Shown here: piece by piece, positions 25,394 to 34,807 of the stretch
Layout: each line of letters opens with the position of its first letter
Position numbering within the stretch: the first letter of the stretch is position 1
Source: Gemmatimonadota bacterium
GTDB taxonomy: Bacteria; Gemmatimonadota; Gemmatimonadetes; Gemmatimonadales; GWC2-71-9
Reading direction: 5' to 3'
Length of the DNA stretch: 40,612 nt
NCBI GenBank assembly: GCA_039588295.1
Contig: JBDHAB010000026.1
Location: forward strand, 1-40,612
Notes under the pieces: model-generated
Databases searched by the model: none
Told to the model about the DNA's origin: nothing
What the model saw: the letters and a program-made list of their open reading frames with translations, nothing else
Made by a program: the position numbers and the translations under genes

Positions 25394-26604
25394 CCCACCA
25401 GCCGCCACATATAGGAAGGTTTGAGGATTTCCGAGGCGGGAATGAAATCCCCCGTCACCCCCACGAGCAGGTCAGCGAGGGAAGGTCTCTCAGCCAAGCG
25501 TCGCGCCACGCGGTTGAACACCGCCGGGTGCGCCACCGCCCAGCTCACGAGGCGCTCGACGATCCACTTGCCACCGAACTCCCGACGACGGGCCGCATCG
25601 TATGGTGCGAGGTCGATGCTGCGCAACCGATCGTGCTCCAGCGCCGGCACGAGCACGTCGACCGCGAGCTCCGCTCCCCGCAACGCGGCGTAGATCCCCT
25701 CTCCCGTGAACGGGTCGCAGAAGTCCGCGGCGTCGCCCACGAGCACCACCCGATCATCGGTCGCGCGCACCGTTCGACGGGCAAACGGACCCACGACTCG
25801 GATGGGGTCCACGAAGGTCGCGCGGCTGAGTCGCGCCGCCACCGCGGGTACGCGCTCGAGTAACCGGTGGAACCAGGCTTTCGGCGGGACTTGCACGGAA
25901 CCCCGACCTACATCGGCGACAACGGCCACATTGGTGAGCCCGCGCCCCACCGGCGCCAGGCCGACGTACCCCCAAGGGCCGACATGCATCTCCCCCACGT
26001 CTTCCATCCCGGTCACGTCGGTCGCGTGCGTCACGAGCGCCATCCGTCGTCTCCGCCCCCGCCGCACCACCCCGAGCCGCGATGCAATGCGGGAGTTGAG
26101 CCCGTCGGCCCCGACCACCACCCGCACGGTCACGGTGTCGCGAGCGCCATTGCAACGAAGCCCGAGCTCGACGACGTCTTCTCGCCCTCCCGCGAATCCC
26201 TCGACGGCTGTTCCCTCCCGCAGCTTGGCCCCACACCTCACAGCAGCCTGCGCGAGGTGGGCGTCCAGCACCTCGCGTGGCAGGGCGAGACCGTAATCCC
26301 GGTATCCTCGGTAACGGTGTACACCGCGGAACCGTCCCGTGAACGGCGTTCCCTGCGGACTGACGACCTTCATCCCGGCGAGCCGCGCCGGCCCTTCGGC
26401 CTCGACGGCAGCCAGCACCCCCAGCCGATCCAGCACCCGGGCCGCCTCGGGACTCAAGTACTCTGCACATGGTTTGGCACGAGGGAATCGCGCGCGCTCC
26501 AGCAACAGGACGTGGCAGCCACGCTGTGCCAACAGCGCTGCCGTGGCACTGCCGGCCGGGCCGGCACCGACCACTGCGGCGTCGAAGTCGGGACGACCCG
26601 TCAC
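25390..26604 (-). CDS. FAD-dependent oxidoreductase/monooxygenase (geranylgeranyl reductase-like family)
   Basis: VVGAGPAGS, LLERARFPRAKPCAEYLSP, VGADGLNS, LVGDAADFCDPFTGEGIYAALRGA; start re-called to GTG 26604. Confidence 0.9.
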   Translation of the reverse strand: MTGRPDFDAAVVGAGPAGSATAALLAQRGCHVLLLERARFPRAKPCAEYLSPEAARVLDRLGVLAAVEAEGPARLAGMKVVSPQGTPFTGRFRGVHRYRGYRDYGLALPREVLDAHLAQAAVRCGAKLREGTAVEGFAGGREDVVELGLRCNGARDTVTVRVVVGADGLNSRIASRLGVVRRGRRRRMALVTHATDVTGMEDVGEMHVGPWGYVGLAPVGRGLTNVAVVADVGRGSVQVPPKAWFHRLLERVPAVAARLSRATFVDPIRVVGPFARRTVRATDDRVVLVGDAADFCDPFTGEGIYAALRGAELAVDVLVPALEHDRLRSIDLAPYDAARRREFGGKWIVERLVSWAVAHPAVFNRVARRLAERPSLADLLVGVTGDFIPASEILKPSYMWRLVG

Positions 26605-26710
26605 CGCGGAGGGCTCCGCTGGTTGCCTTGGTGTCGGACTGCAAGCACGTAGTACCTTTCGTCGCTCAACAGAGGAGGCCATCTGCGGCACCGCATGTCA
26701 AGTAAACACC

Positions 26711-27520
26711 ATGCCCCCTGACCGGGATCCTTCAACCGAGCCCGAGGCGCTGCTCGCGCGGCTCGATCTCGAGGAACATCTCGAGAATCCTCACATCAAG
26801 CAGCGGTTCGTAACCACGATGTTCGACGCAGTGGCACGGACCTATGATCGATTCACGCGCGCGTTCTCGTATGGGATGGATCGCGGATGGAAGCGCGAGT
26901 TGGTGAATATTCTGGCGTCCAAGGCGCCGCGCGACGGCTTCGTGGTGGATTTGGCATGCGGCACCGGTGACCTCGCCTTCGCGGCGGCAGCATATGTCCC
27001 CGACAGTCGAGCGGTAGGTGTGGACGTCTCGCGCCGGATGCTCGCTGCCGCCGACGCGCGACGCAAAGCACAGGACGTGACGCGGGTTCGCTTCGTCACC
27101 GGGGACATGCTCCACATTGCCGCCCGGGACCAGGCCGCCGACGTTGTCACGGTTGGGTACGGGATCCGCAACACGCCGGACTTCGGCGCGGCACTCGACG
27201 AGATTGTGCGAGTCTTGAAACCCGGAGGGTTGTTGCTGACACTCGATTTCTACCGGCCGGCGAATCCTGTCTGGCGCGCGCTGTTTCTTGGCTACCTTCG
27301 CGTGGCCGGAAGCGTATTTGGACTACTGTGGCACCGGCAGGCGGTCGTGTACGGCTATATCGGTCCGTCGATCCGTCATTTCATCTCGTGGCAGGAGATG
27401 TCCGCGGCGCTCGAGGCGCGAGGCTTCGTGGTCGAGCAGGTACGCCGGAAGCTCCTGGGTGGAATCTGCATTCACGTTGCACACAAGAACGGACGCTACC
27501 CGTCGTCCCCTTCCGCATAG
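26711..27520 (+). CDS. ubiE: UbiE/MenG/COQ5-family C-methyltransferase
   Basis: FVTTMFDAVARTYDRFTRAFSYGMDRGWK, VDLACGTGDLA, VTVGYGIRN, EIVRVLKPGG..LDF; ATG 26711. Orthology to the housekeeping ubiE/menG is not established. Confidence 0.82.
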   Translation: MPPDRDPSTEPEALLARLDLEEHLENPHIKQRFVTTMFDAVARTYDRFTRAFSYGMDRGWKRELVNILASKAPRDGFVVDLACGTGDLAFAAAAYVPDSRAVGVDVSRRMLAAADARRKAQDVTRVRFVTGDMLHIAARDQAADVVTVGYGIRNTPDFGAALDEIVRVLKPGGLLLTLDFYRPANPVWRALFLGYLRVAGSVFGLLWHRQAVVYGYIGPSIRHFISWQEMSAALEARGFVVEQVRRKLLGGICIHVAHKNGRYPSSPSA

Positions 27521-27912
27521 CGCACCATGACGGTCGAGAGGTTCAGGTTGTTCTCCAGCCGCCATACGATCTCTTCTCCCGGCGCCAAGAAGACGATTCC
27601 CGTCGTCATGGATCTCCGAGATCCGATCGCAAGAGCGAGAAGCTGAACCTCGCCCATACCGCGCAGCAGCCACGTGGGCAACTCGAATCGGGACGCGGTG
27701 TAGGAGTTGACCGTGCCAAGCCAAAACCGCTGGCCACTCCTCAGGGCGTAGACTCGCATGTCCAGCCAGTTGTTGTTCACGACGTAGGCAAAGATTTCCT
27801 CAGTCGTTACCACTTCGGTCGTGTCCTGCTCGGACTGCGCCCGCGCCACCGGGACGGTGAACACACCGAGCGCTACCGCGGCAAGTGTGGCAGGAAGGAT
27901 CGTGCGTCTCAT
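27496..27912 (-). CDS. Small hypothetical exported protein (138 aa); paralog of 833-1213
   Basis: Signal peptide MRRTILPATLAAVALGVFTVPVARAQ; VVNNNWLDMRVYALRSGQRFWLGTVNS; 3' end overlaps ubiE convergently by 25 nt. Confidence 0.8.
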   Translation of the reverse strand: MRRTILPATLAAVALGVFTVPVARAQSEQDTTEVVTTEEIFAYVVNNNWLDMRVYALRSGQRFWLGTVNSYTASRFELPTWLLRGMGEVQLLALAIGSRRSMTTGIVFLAPGEEIVWRLENNLNLSTVMVRYAEGDDG

Positions 27913-27950
27913 GGCATGCCGTCCCGGTTGGCGTGTCGTCCCATGTGGTA

Positions 27951-27977
27951 AGACGCCTCGACGGCAGTCGAAGTTCC
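27951..27977 (-). promoter_or_regulatory. Putative sigma-E-type ECF promoter GGAACTT-N15-CGTCT
   Basis: Matches the RpoE-type GGAACTT -35 and GTC -10; 38 nt upstream of ATG 27912. Confidence 0.6.
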
Positions 27978-28009
27978 ATTGTAACCAGTGGAGCTGCCGG
28001 GTCGGCGTG

Positions 28010-29257
28010 CTACCAGCGCCTCGGAACGTCGGCCAAGACACGGAAACTGTCACGGGCAATCAGTAGCTCCTCATTGGTCGGAATCACGAAGGCGCGGAGG
28101 GTGGACCCGTCCGCGCTGATCTCCCCCGCGTTGCCGTCGACCATCACCGAGTTACGCTCGGTGTCGAGTGCCAGTCCCAGTCGATCGAGTCCCGTGCAGA
28201 TTCGTGCGCGAATACTCGCGGCGTTTTCACCGATCCCACCCGCGAACACGACCGCGTCGGCGCTTCCCATCTCGGCGAGGTACGCGCCGATGTAGCGCTT
28301 CACGCGGTTGCAGAAGATGTCGATCGCGAGCAACGCGCGGCGATCCTGATTTTCGGCCTCTTCCTCCAACAGCTCGCGCATATCACTCGTCAGCCCGGAT
28401 ACGCCGAGTAGACCTGACTGTTTGTTGAGGAGCGTGTCGACTTCCGAGACGCTCATGCCTTCCTTGATCATCAGGAACTCGACGAGGGAGGCGTCGATGT
28501 TGCCGGCGCGCGTGCCCATGACCAGGCCTTCGAGCGGGGTGAAGCCCATCGAGGTGTCAAACGACTCACCGTGCTTGATGGCGCACGCCGAGCACCCGTT
28601 GCCAAGGTGCAGGGTGATGATGTTCACCTGCTCCGGTTGGAGGCCGTGCATCATCCGATAGCGATAGGCGATGTACCGGTGCGAGGTGCCGTGGAACCCG
28701 TATCGGCGGATCTTGTGACGGCGATACAGCTGGTACGGGATCGCGTAGAGATAGGACCGCTCGGGCATGGTGGCGTGGAACGAGGTATCGAACACGGCCA
28801 CCTGCGGCACGCCTTCTCCCAGGAGTTCCATCGCCGCGCGAATGCCCTTGAGGTTCGCCGGGTTGTGGAGCGGGGCAAGCTCGATGCAGTCCTCGATTTC
28901 CTCGAGCACGCTCTCGTCGATCCGCACCGACTTGCGGAACCGTTCACCGCCGTGCACCACCCGGTGTCCCACGGCGTGAATGTCGGCGAGTGACGTGATG
29001 TGATCGATTTTGGACGCTCGCGACACGATCCAGCGCAGGATGTGATCGATGGCTGCCCGATGGTCGCGAAGCGGTTCGGCGCTCCGCTCCTTCGGCTGCC
29101 CCTGTGCCTCGAGAGCGATCAGCGCCTGTCCGCCCACCCGCTCAACGATGCCGCGCGCCAGACGGCGGTCGGCGTCCTGCTCAATCCGCTCGGCATCGGT
29201 CTCGATGATCTGGAACTTGACCGTGGAGGAGCCACAGTTGAGGACGAGGATGTTCAT
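28010..29257 (-). CDS. ackA: Acetate kinase
   Basis: [83 protein letters not shown]. Confidence 0.98.
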   Translation of the reverse strand: MNILVLNCGSSTVKFQIIETDAERIEQDADRRLARGIVERVGGQALIALEAQGQPKERSAEPLRDHRAAIDHILRWIVSRASKIDHITSLADIHAVGHRVVHGGERFRKSVRIDESVLEEIEDCIELAPLHNPANLKGIRAAMELLGEGVPQVAVFDTSFHATMPERSYLYAIPYQLYRRHKIRRYGFHGTSHRYIAYRYRMMHGLQPEQVNIITLHLGNGCSACAIKHGESFDTSMGFTPLEGLVMGTRAGNIDASLVEFLMIKEGMSVSEVDTLLNKQSGLLGVSGLTSDMRELLEEEAENQDRRALLAIDIFCNRVKRYIGAYLAEMGSADAVVFAGGIGENAASIRARICTGLDRLGLALDTERNSVMVDGNAGEISADGSTLRAFVIPTNEELLIARDSFRVLADVPRRW

Positions 29258-29525
29258 ATCGACTCAGTGTGAAAGCGTGGTTCGTACTCCGCGACGGCGC
29301 GGCGCGAGCCACCAGGCTTACGTCGTAAGTTAGCGGGCAACACACAGTTGAGCTGAGGGGCCGCCAGGCACGGCGGCTGGGCACCCGCGCGACCCCTTCG
29401 CATAGTCCCGAACCCCTACCATATTGGAGGGTACGAGCCGTCAGAGGGAGCGGGTACCGTCGGTGGCGGGCACCCCGGAGGAGAGGAGTGCAGGAGACGG
29501 ACGGCCGCTGCCCCCGGGAGACACG

Positions 29526-30023
29526 ATGCGATTGTCTGCGAATGGTCCTGTTCTCGTTGCCACAGTGCTCGGCATCGTGCTCCTCGGGTGCACCACGAGA
29601 GCGCGCGACACCGCTCAGAATCCGCCGCCCGGCGGACAGTTCGTCACGGCGGAACAGATCCAAGCCAGCGCGGCCACCACCGCATGGGAAGCGCTAAAAT
29701 ACACCGTGCGGACCCATCGGTTCAGCGACTATCGTGGGAGACCCGTGCGGGTCTACTCGGCCCGCGGGCAGGGAAGCATCGTGCTACGCGAAGAGCCGCT
29801 GCTCTTCCTCGACGGGACGCGCCTCACTGACCTCATTATCCTCCGGGCGATCCCAGCCAACAACATCTACTCGATCCAGGTGCTGACGGGGCCGGACGCG
29901 ACCACCTATTTCGGCACGTCCGCCGTTGCCGGGGTCATCCTCCTCGAGACCACCATGGGAGCCGAGGACGAAGACTCGGCAGAGGTCGACACGACCGTGT
30001 CACCGCGGGATACCATCCGCTAG
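29526..30023 (+). CDS. Plug-only lipoprotein (TonB-dependent receptor plug domain without barrel)
   Basis: Lipobox VLLG-C; FVTAEQIQ...EPLLFLDGTR...IPANNIYSIQVLTGPDATTYFGTSAVAGVILLET, followed only by a short acidic tail and a stop. Confidence 0.82.
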   Translation: MRLSANGPVLVATVLGIVLLGCTTRARDTAQNPPPGGQFVTAEQIQASAATTAWEALKYTVRTHRFSDYRGRPVRVYSARGQGSIVLREEPLLFLDGTRLTDLIILRAIPANNIYSIQVLTGPDATTYFGTSAVAGVILLETTMGAEDEDSAEVDTTVSPRDTIR

Positions 30024-30051
30024 ACAACACCCTCCGAGAACCTGACCGCAA

Positions 30052-30084
30052 GCAAATGGGGGCGACCGAATGGCCGCCCCCATT
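30052..30084 (-). terminator. Intrinsic terminator between convergent susD and plug-only gene
   Basis: AATGGGGGCG(GCC-ATTC-GGT)CGCCCCCATT hairpin followed by TG on the minus strand; possibly bidirectional. Confidence 0.65.
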
Positions 30085-30115
30085 GGTGTTGGGCGAATCC
30101 TTCACGGATCGCCGG

Positions 30116-31495
30116 TTACGGATTCCGATCCAGGCACTGCTGGAAGTTCGGGTTGTTCTCCTCGGGCTGCGGGACCGGGATGTTCACATCAACCCCGTAC
30201 GACCCACTCTTGTGATACGCACCCGTCGGGAACACCGTCTCGCTCCCACGACCGTACTGTCGGATCAGACGCCTGAGGTCGCCCAAGCGGTGGCCCGTAC
30301 CGTAGAGCCAGAACGCCCGCTCATAGAACAAGAGGTCCTCTCGAGCGGTGGCCGACCCCGGATCCAGCGTGTCCGCAAGCGCCCCGGTCAACGGGTTCTC
30401 CGGGTAGAGCAGCGGACCCGTGGTGGCGAAGTTCTGCCGCAGGCCGTTGAGGATGGTCACCAAGTTAGCGCCACCCGCCTGCAAGTCGGCTTCGGCTTCG
30501 ATCAACCGGGCCTCTACCCCCGTTGCGAGCGGGTAGCTGTCCTCGCGCGACGTGTAGCCCATGAACTGATACAACGGCGTCTCGCTGTCGAACCCGATGC
30601 CGACGTCGGCCCACGGAACCCGCGGGTCCATGGCCGAGCGGAACGGCAACCCGTTGGCACCCAGGTTGTCGGCAACCGACCAGCGGCCGGCCTCGGGGTT
30701 CAGGTGATAGATGCCGTTACGCGCCCGGGCCGCCGTGTTCGAGTGCCAATTGTAGAACACGAAGTCGTCGGGCACGGCGGCGACGGCAGTGGCCGCCGCG
30801 CCGGCCTGGTCGAGGTTGAGCAACGCTCGGCCTTTCCCGACCCGCGCCATGTTCGCGATGTCACTGTCGACGGCACCATGTGCCAAGGCTGCGTCGAACA
30901 GCGCCACCGCCCGGTTGAACATTTCTACGTTCGTCAGCGGATCACCGAACAGGATCGAGTCCAGCGTCTCGCTGAACGGTACGCCGTTGCAGAAGTTTTC
31001 TCCGAACGCGATGTACGTGAACCCCGCGTACGCCTGCAACTCCGGGATCCGAGCGTCGGCGTTCGGATCGGGCACGGCCCGTTCAATCCGGATCGCCCCG
31101 CGCTCCAGGTCGGCGCGAGCGCGCTGAAGCCGGAAGAACAGGCCATCCAGGGTCGTGTTTTCCACTTGAAGTTCCCGACGGTCGACCTCTTGCCGCGTCG
31201 GGAACGTGCCCGAGTGGAACCACTCATCGGTCATGAGGCCGGAAAACACGACGATGTTGTCGCCGGCTTGGTTTGCCGACCACGCCTGTTGAAAGTTACT
31301 AACCGCACCGTTCCGAAGTGTCGTCAGGCCCAAGTCATCCTCCAGGTTCTCAGGCGTGACGATATCAGGATCGACTACTTCCAAGAGGTCACCGCACCCC
31401 ACCATGGGTAGCGCGAGGAGGGCCACCATTGCTGTCATCGCGGCGAGGAACCGGCGGTTCCGCCGCCGCACATGAGAAGTCGTGTGCTTCGTCAT
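30116..31495 (-). CDS. susD: SusD/RagB-family outer-membrane nutrient-binding lipoprotein
   Basis: Lipobox PMVG-C-GDLL; EARLIEAEA, ERAFWLYGTGHRLGDLRRLIR, PVPQPEENNPN; directly downstream of susC. Confidence 0.92.
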   Translation of the reverse strand: MTKHTTSHVRRRNRRFLAAMTAMVALLALPMVGCGDLLEVVDPDIVTPENLEDDLGLTTLRNGAVSNFQQAWSANQAGDNIVVFSGLMTDEWFHSGTFPTRQEVDRRELQVENTTLDGLFFRLQRARADLERGAIRIERAVPDPNADARIPELQAYAGFTYIAFGENFCNGVPFSETLDSILFGDPLTNVEMFNRAVALFDAALAHGAVDSDIANMARVGKGRALLNLDQAGAAATAVAAVPDDFVFYNWHSNTAARARNGIYHLNPEAGRWSVADNLGANGLPFRSAMDPRVPWADVGIGFDSETPLYQFMGYTSREDSYPLATGVEARLIEAEADLQAGGANLVTILNGLRQNFATTGPLLYPENPLTGALADTLDPGSATAREDLLFYERAFWLYGTGHRLGDLRRLIRQYGRGSETVFPTGAYHKSGSYGVDVNIPVPQPEENNPNFQQCLDRNP

Positions 31496-31513
31496 GGCTC
31501 TGTTCCTCTCCGG

Positions 31514-34500
31514 TTAGAAGGTCAACTGCACCCGCGCGGTCCAGTAGCGCACCTGCGGCTGCGTCAGGAAGTCGGACGATCCGAAGTTGCCGGTGTTCCC
31601 CTGGACCTCCGGATCGACACCTGTGTAGTCCGTGATCGTGAGCAGGTTCCGCCCCGAGATCGTCAAGTTGGCGCGACTCGCGCCCACCATGCCGGCCATG
31701 CTCTGCGGCATGAAGAACGTGAACGACAGCTCGCGGAGCTTGATGAACCAGGCCGGCTCGATGTACCCGGCCGCCGTCTGGCTTGACGCAATCGCCGCCG
31801 CAACGGCACGTGCCTGGCCTTCCAGCGGGGTGGTCGGATCGTTCAACTCCTGACAGGTACGGAACCGACAGCGGAACCGCTCGGTGTTGTTGTACTGATG
31901 GTGGCCACCGCGGTAGTCGAACAACCCACTGATGCGGAGCCACGAGCTCACGTCGAACGAGTTGAACAGCGACACCTCGTACCGGGGCCGTGCGTACCCA
32001 ATGAACTCCGTGGTGTCGCCACGTGTGATCTCGTCCGCGGCGATGTAGCCGTCGCCATTGGCATCGTCCCAGGTGAACGGCTCGTCCCAGAACGCTCCAA
32101 GCGGGTAGCCTTCCTTGTGCGCCTGATTGCCGAAGATGATCGGCTCGACGTCCTCACCCAGCTCGACCACCTCGTTCGAGTTGGTGGACCCGGTGAGGCT
32201 GAAGTTCCAGGTCACCATCGGGCTCTGGAACACGGTGCCGTTGATGCCACCCTCGAAGCCCCAGTTCCTGGTCTTCGCCAGGTTCTCGAACCGGCTCGTC
32301 GTGAGCCCAAGCGATGGCGCCAGGTCACGATCCACCAGCGCATCTTTCGTGGTCCGGCGGTAATAGGTGAGATCAACCCCTAGGCGGCCGCCGAACAGGC
32401 CGGCCTCGAAGCCCGCTTCCCACTCGGTCGAGCGCTCGGGCTTGAGATCGCTGTTGCCCGGGTTCGAGATGACCACACCCGTCTTATCGACGCCTCCCTC
32501 AGCCAGGACTTCCCCAGTGAAAAACAGCACGGCGTCGTTCGTGCCGGGCTGGACACCGGATGCACCCCAGGCCGCGCGCAGTCGCAGGTTGTCGACTACC
32601 CCGAAGCCCCGGTCGATCACCAGGTACGAGGCACCCACCTTCGGGTAGACCGTATAGTCGAAGTCTTCACCAAAGGCGCTGTTGTCGTCGCCGCGCACCG
32701 CGGCGGTTACGAACAGCCGATCGTTGAGGCCGAACTGCTGCTCGATATACGTCCCCAGCGTCCGCGTCTCGATGTAGTCTTCATCAATGAACTGATCGGT
32801 TGCCGCGTCATTCGAACCCGCACCAGGGGGGAGCTTTTCACCCCTGGTTTCCACGCTGTTCCGGTAGTTCCGGAAGTACTGCACCCCAGCGGAGGTGCGG
32901 GACGAGATCGCGTCGGTGAGCTGGAATTGAGCGGTCCCACCAAGGTCGAACGTGTACTGCCACGTGGAGCGCTTATCCGAATCGCGCGCGCCGTCGTCCT
33001 TGTAATTGGAGAAGTCCGGCCCGGTTCCGATGGCTTGGAACGCCACGTCGGACATCGAGGCAAAGTCCACCCCGACGAGGCCGCGGAACTCCAACCAGTC
33101 AGTCGGTAGGAAGTTGGCCGTAGCCGACTGGGTGAACCGCTGGATTTCCTGGTTGTGGTCGATCCAGAACACCTCCTCCGGCGCGGAGAAGCCCCAGCCG
33201 CCGACATCGGTGCTGTCACTACCACCGAGCAGCCCGCTGGGCAGCATCCCCAGAACGTTGTTGTCGTTCTCGGGGAGCTTGAAGTTGCCGTCCACGTACC
33301 CCGTGGAAATCGAAGCACTCAGCTTTTCGCTGAGCTGCATATTCAGGTTGGCGCGCAGACTGGTGCGCTGTACCTGATTGGGATTGAGCACGAAATCCGG
33401 AATCTGGAATCCCTCCGGACGTGCCGCGAGAATCGAGTCCTGCGTGCCCTGCGGCAGCGTATACACCCCGTCCTCTTGCTCGTACTCCGCGGACAGGAAG
33501 TACTGCACATCGGGCGTCCCGCCAGCCACATTCATCCCGAACTGCTGACGCTGGCCACCGCTGATCGGCGTCGTGTTGCTGCTCTCGAGCGGGTTGGCCG
33601 ACTGCAGCTCGGCCTGGGTACAACTGCCCGCGGCCAGGTTGTACGTGCGGCAGGGGCTGCCACTCGCATCCAAGCCGGTGAAGTTGGTCGGGTACTCGTT
33701 GACGTCCGAGACGAGTCCATACTCACCGTAGACATTCCACACCGGAGCCCCGACCCGCCCGCGCTTCGTCTTGATGACGATCACGCCGTTGGCGGCCTCG
33801 GTGCCGTACAGCGCGGCGGCGGACGGACCCTTGACGACCTCGATACTCTCGATCTCGTCAGGGTTGAAGTCGTTGATCCGCGAGATGGTCTGACCGCCAG
33901 TGCCGAGAAAGCTGTCGTTCGAACGGTTGTCCACGCGGACCCCATCCACCACCAACAGCGGCTCATTGGTGAGCGACATGCTGCTCGAGCCGCGAATCCG
34001 GATCTTGGTCCCTGAGCCGGCGGAGCCGCTACTGTTGATGACTTGCACCCCGGGCGCCCGTCCCTGAAGCACGGACGACAGGGAGACTGGTGCCACTTCC
34101 TCAGCCGCCTGAGCCGCGTTGACCGTGGTGATAACGTTGGGTACCTCCACGGCGCGTTGCTCACCGGTTGCCGTGACCACCAGCGCGTCCAGGCTGATGG
34201 CGGCCTGGGTGAGCGCGAAGTTCGCGGTCACCGGCGCCGCGGCGACCACCGCCAGGGTGCGCGTCTGCGCCGCGTAGCCGATGATGGCCGCACGAATGGT
34301 CACGTTCCCGACCGGCAGTCCCACCAGCTCGTACGTGCCGTCCTGGCCGGTACGAATCTGCCGGTTGGTGCCCACCACCGAGATGAGCGCCGCGGAGATC
34401 GGCTGACCAGTCGCCTGATCAGTCACCGTCCCCCGGATCGACCCGGTTTGGGCAAACAAGGGTGGCCCGGTCAGCGCCAACAGCAGCACGGCGCCGAGCA

Positions 34501-34525
34501 CGGGCACAAAACGTCGTAGTCGCAT
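31514..34525 (-). CDS. susC: SusC/RagA-family TonB-linked outer-membrane transporter
   Basis: Signal peptide; N-terminal GSIRGTVTD carboxypeptidase-regulatory-like domain; LDALVVTA; IRIRGSSS..NEPLLVVDG; IESIEVVKGPSAAALYGTEAANGVIVIKTKRG; GNSDLKPE; YTGVDPE; C-terminal VQLTF; AGGAGGA SD. Confidence 0.96.
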   Translation of the reverse strand: MRLRRFVPVLGAVLLLALTGPPLFAQTGSIRGTVTDQATGQPISAALISVVGTNRQIRTGQDGTYELVGLPVGNVTIRAAIIGYAAQTRTLAVVAAAPVTANFALTQAAISLDALVVTATGEQRAVEVPNVITTVNAAQAAEEVAPVSLSSVLQGRAPGVQVINSSGSAGSGTKIRIRGSSSMSLTNEPLLVVDGVRVDNRSNDSFLGTGGQTISRINDFNPDEIESIEVVKGPSAAALYGTEAANGVIVIKTKRGRVGAPVWNVYGEYGLVSDVNEYPTNFTGLDASGSPCRTYNLAAGSCTQAELQSANPLESSNTTPISGGQRQQFGMNVAGGTPDVQYFLSAEYEQEDGVYTLPQGTQDSILAARPEGFQIPDFVLNPNQVQRTSLRANLNMQLSEKLSASISTGYVDGNFKLPENDNNVLGMLPSGLLGGSDSTDVGGWGFSAPEEVFWIDHNQEIQRFTQSATANFLPTDWLEFRGLVGVDFASMSDVAFQAIGTGPDFSNYKDDGARDSDKRSTWQYTFDLGGTAQFQLTDAISSRTSAGVQYFRNYRNSVETRGEKLPPGAGSNDAATDQFIDEDYIETRTLGTYIEQQFGLNDRLFVTAAVRGDDNSAFGEDFDYTVYPKVGASYLVIDRGFGVVDNLRLRAAWGASGVQPGTNDAVLFFTGEVLAEGGVDKTGVVISNPGNSDLKPERSTEWEAGFEAGLFGGRLGVDLTYYRRTTKDALVDRDLAPSLGLTTSRFENLAKTRNWGFEGGINGTVFQSPMVTWNFSLTGSTNSNEVVELGEDVEPIIFGNQAHKEGYPLGAFWDEPFTWDDANGDGYIAADEITRGDTTEFIGYARPRYEVSLFNSFDVSSWLRISGLFDYRGGHHQYNNTERFRCRFRTCQELNDPTTPLEGQARAVAAAIASSQTAAGYIEPAWFIKLRELSFTFFMPQSMAGMVGASRANLTISGRNLLTITDYTGVDPEVQGNTGNFGSSDFLTQPQVRYWTARVQLTF

Positions 34526-34599
34526 GTGACTCCTCCTGAATGGATGTTGCTCGACCGGGCGAGCCTCCGGCCCGGCCGTCCACCGCGGACAAGGCGGAT

Positions 34600-34620
34600 C
34601 TAAAGCATAGGCATCACCTC
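34600..34620 (-). other. Strong-SD upstream mini-ORF (Met-Leu-stop or Met-Pro-Met-Leu-stop) in the susC leader
   Basis: Minus strand GAGGTGATGCCTATGCTTTAG; GAGGTGAT is complementary to the canonical 16S rRNA 3' end. Confidence 0.4.
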
Positions 34621-34727
34621 TCTGCCCGATAGGTACACATCGATTTTCGCGTGTGGGTCTGCAACAAATCGGGGGTGGGACGCAGGCTCACACGCTCTCT
34701 CACGCCAGGCGTGGAGACATAAATGAT

Positions 34728-34751
34728 TGATGCGGTCATGCATCACGTCAA
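34728..34751 (-). promoter_or_regulatory. Candidate susCD promoter -35 (TTGACG) with adjacent palindrome TGATGC-N6-GCATCA
   Basis: Minus strand TTGACG-TGATGC-ATGACC-GCATCA-ATCATTTAT; perfect 6-bp inverted repeat immediately after the -35-like hexamer. Confidence 0.45.
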
Positions 34752-34807
34752 GACCAGTCCGACCCGCACTTCTTCCCAGGGCCCGTTCCAATGTGGAACG
34801 AGTGCTG

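Noticed and set aside
26339..26710. N-terminal extension of UbiE in the ORF track
   Set aside because: Antisense to the FAD oxidoreductase; UbiE-like sequence starts after ATG 26711.
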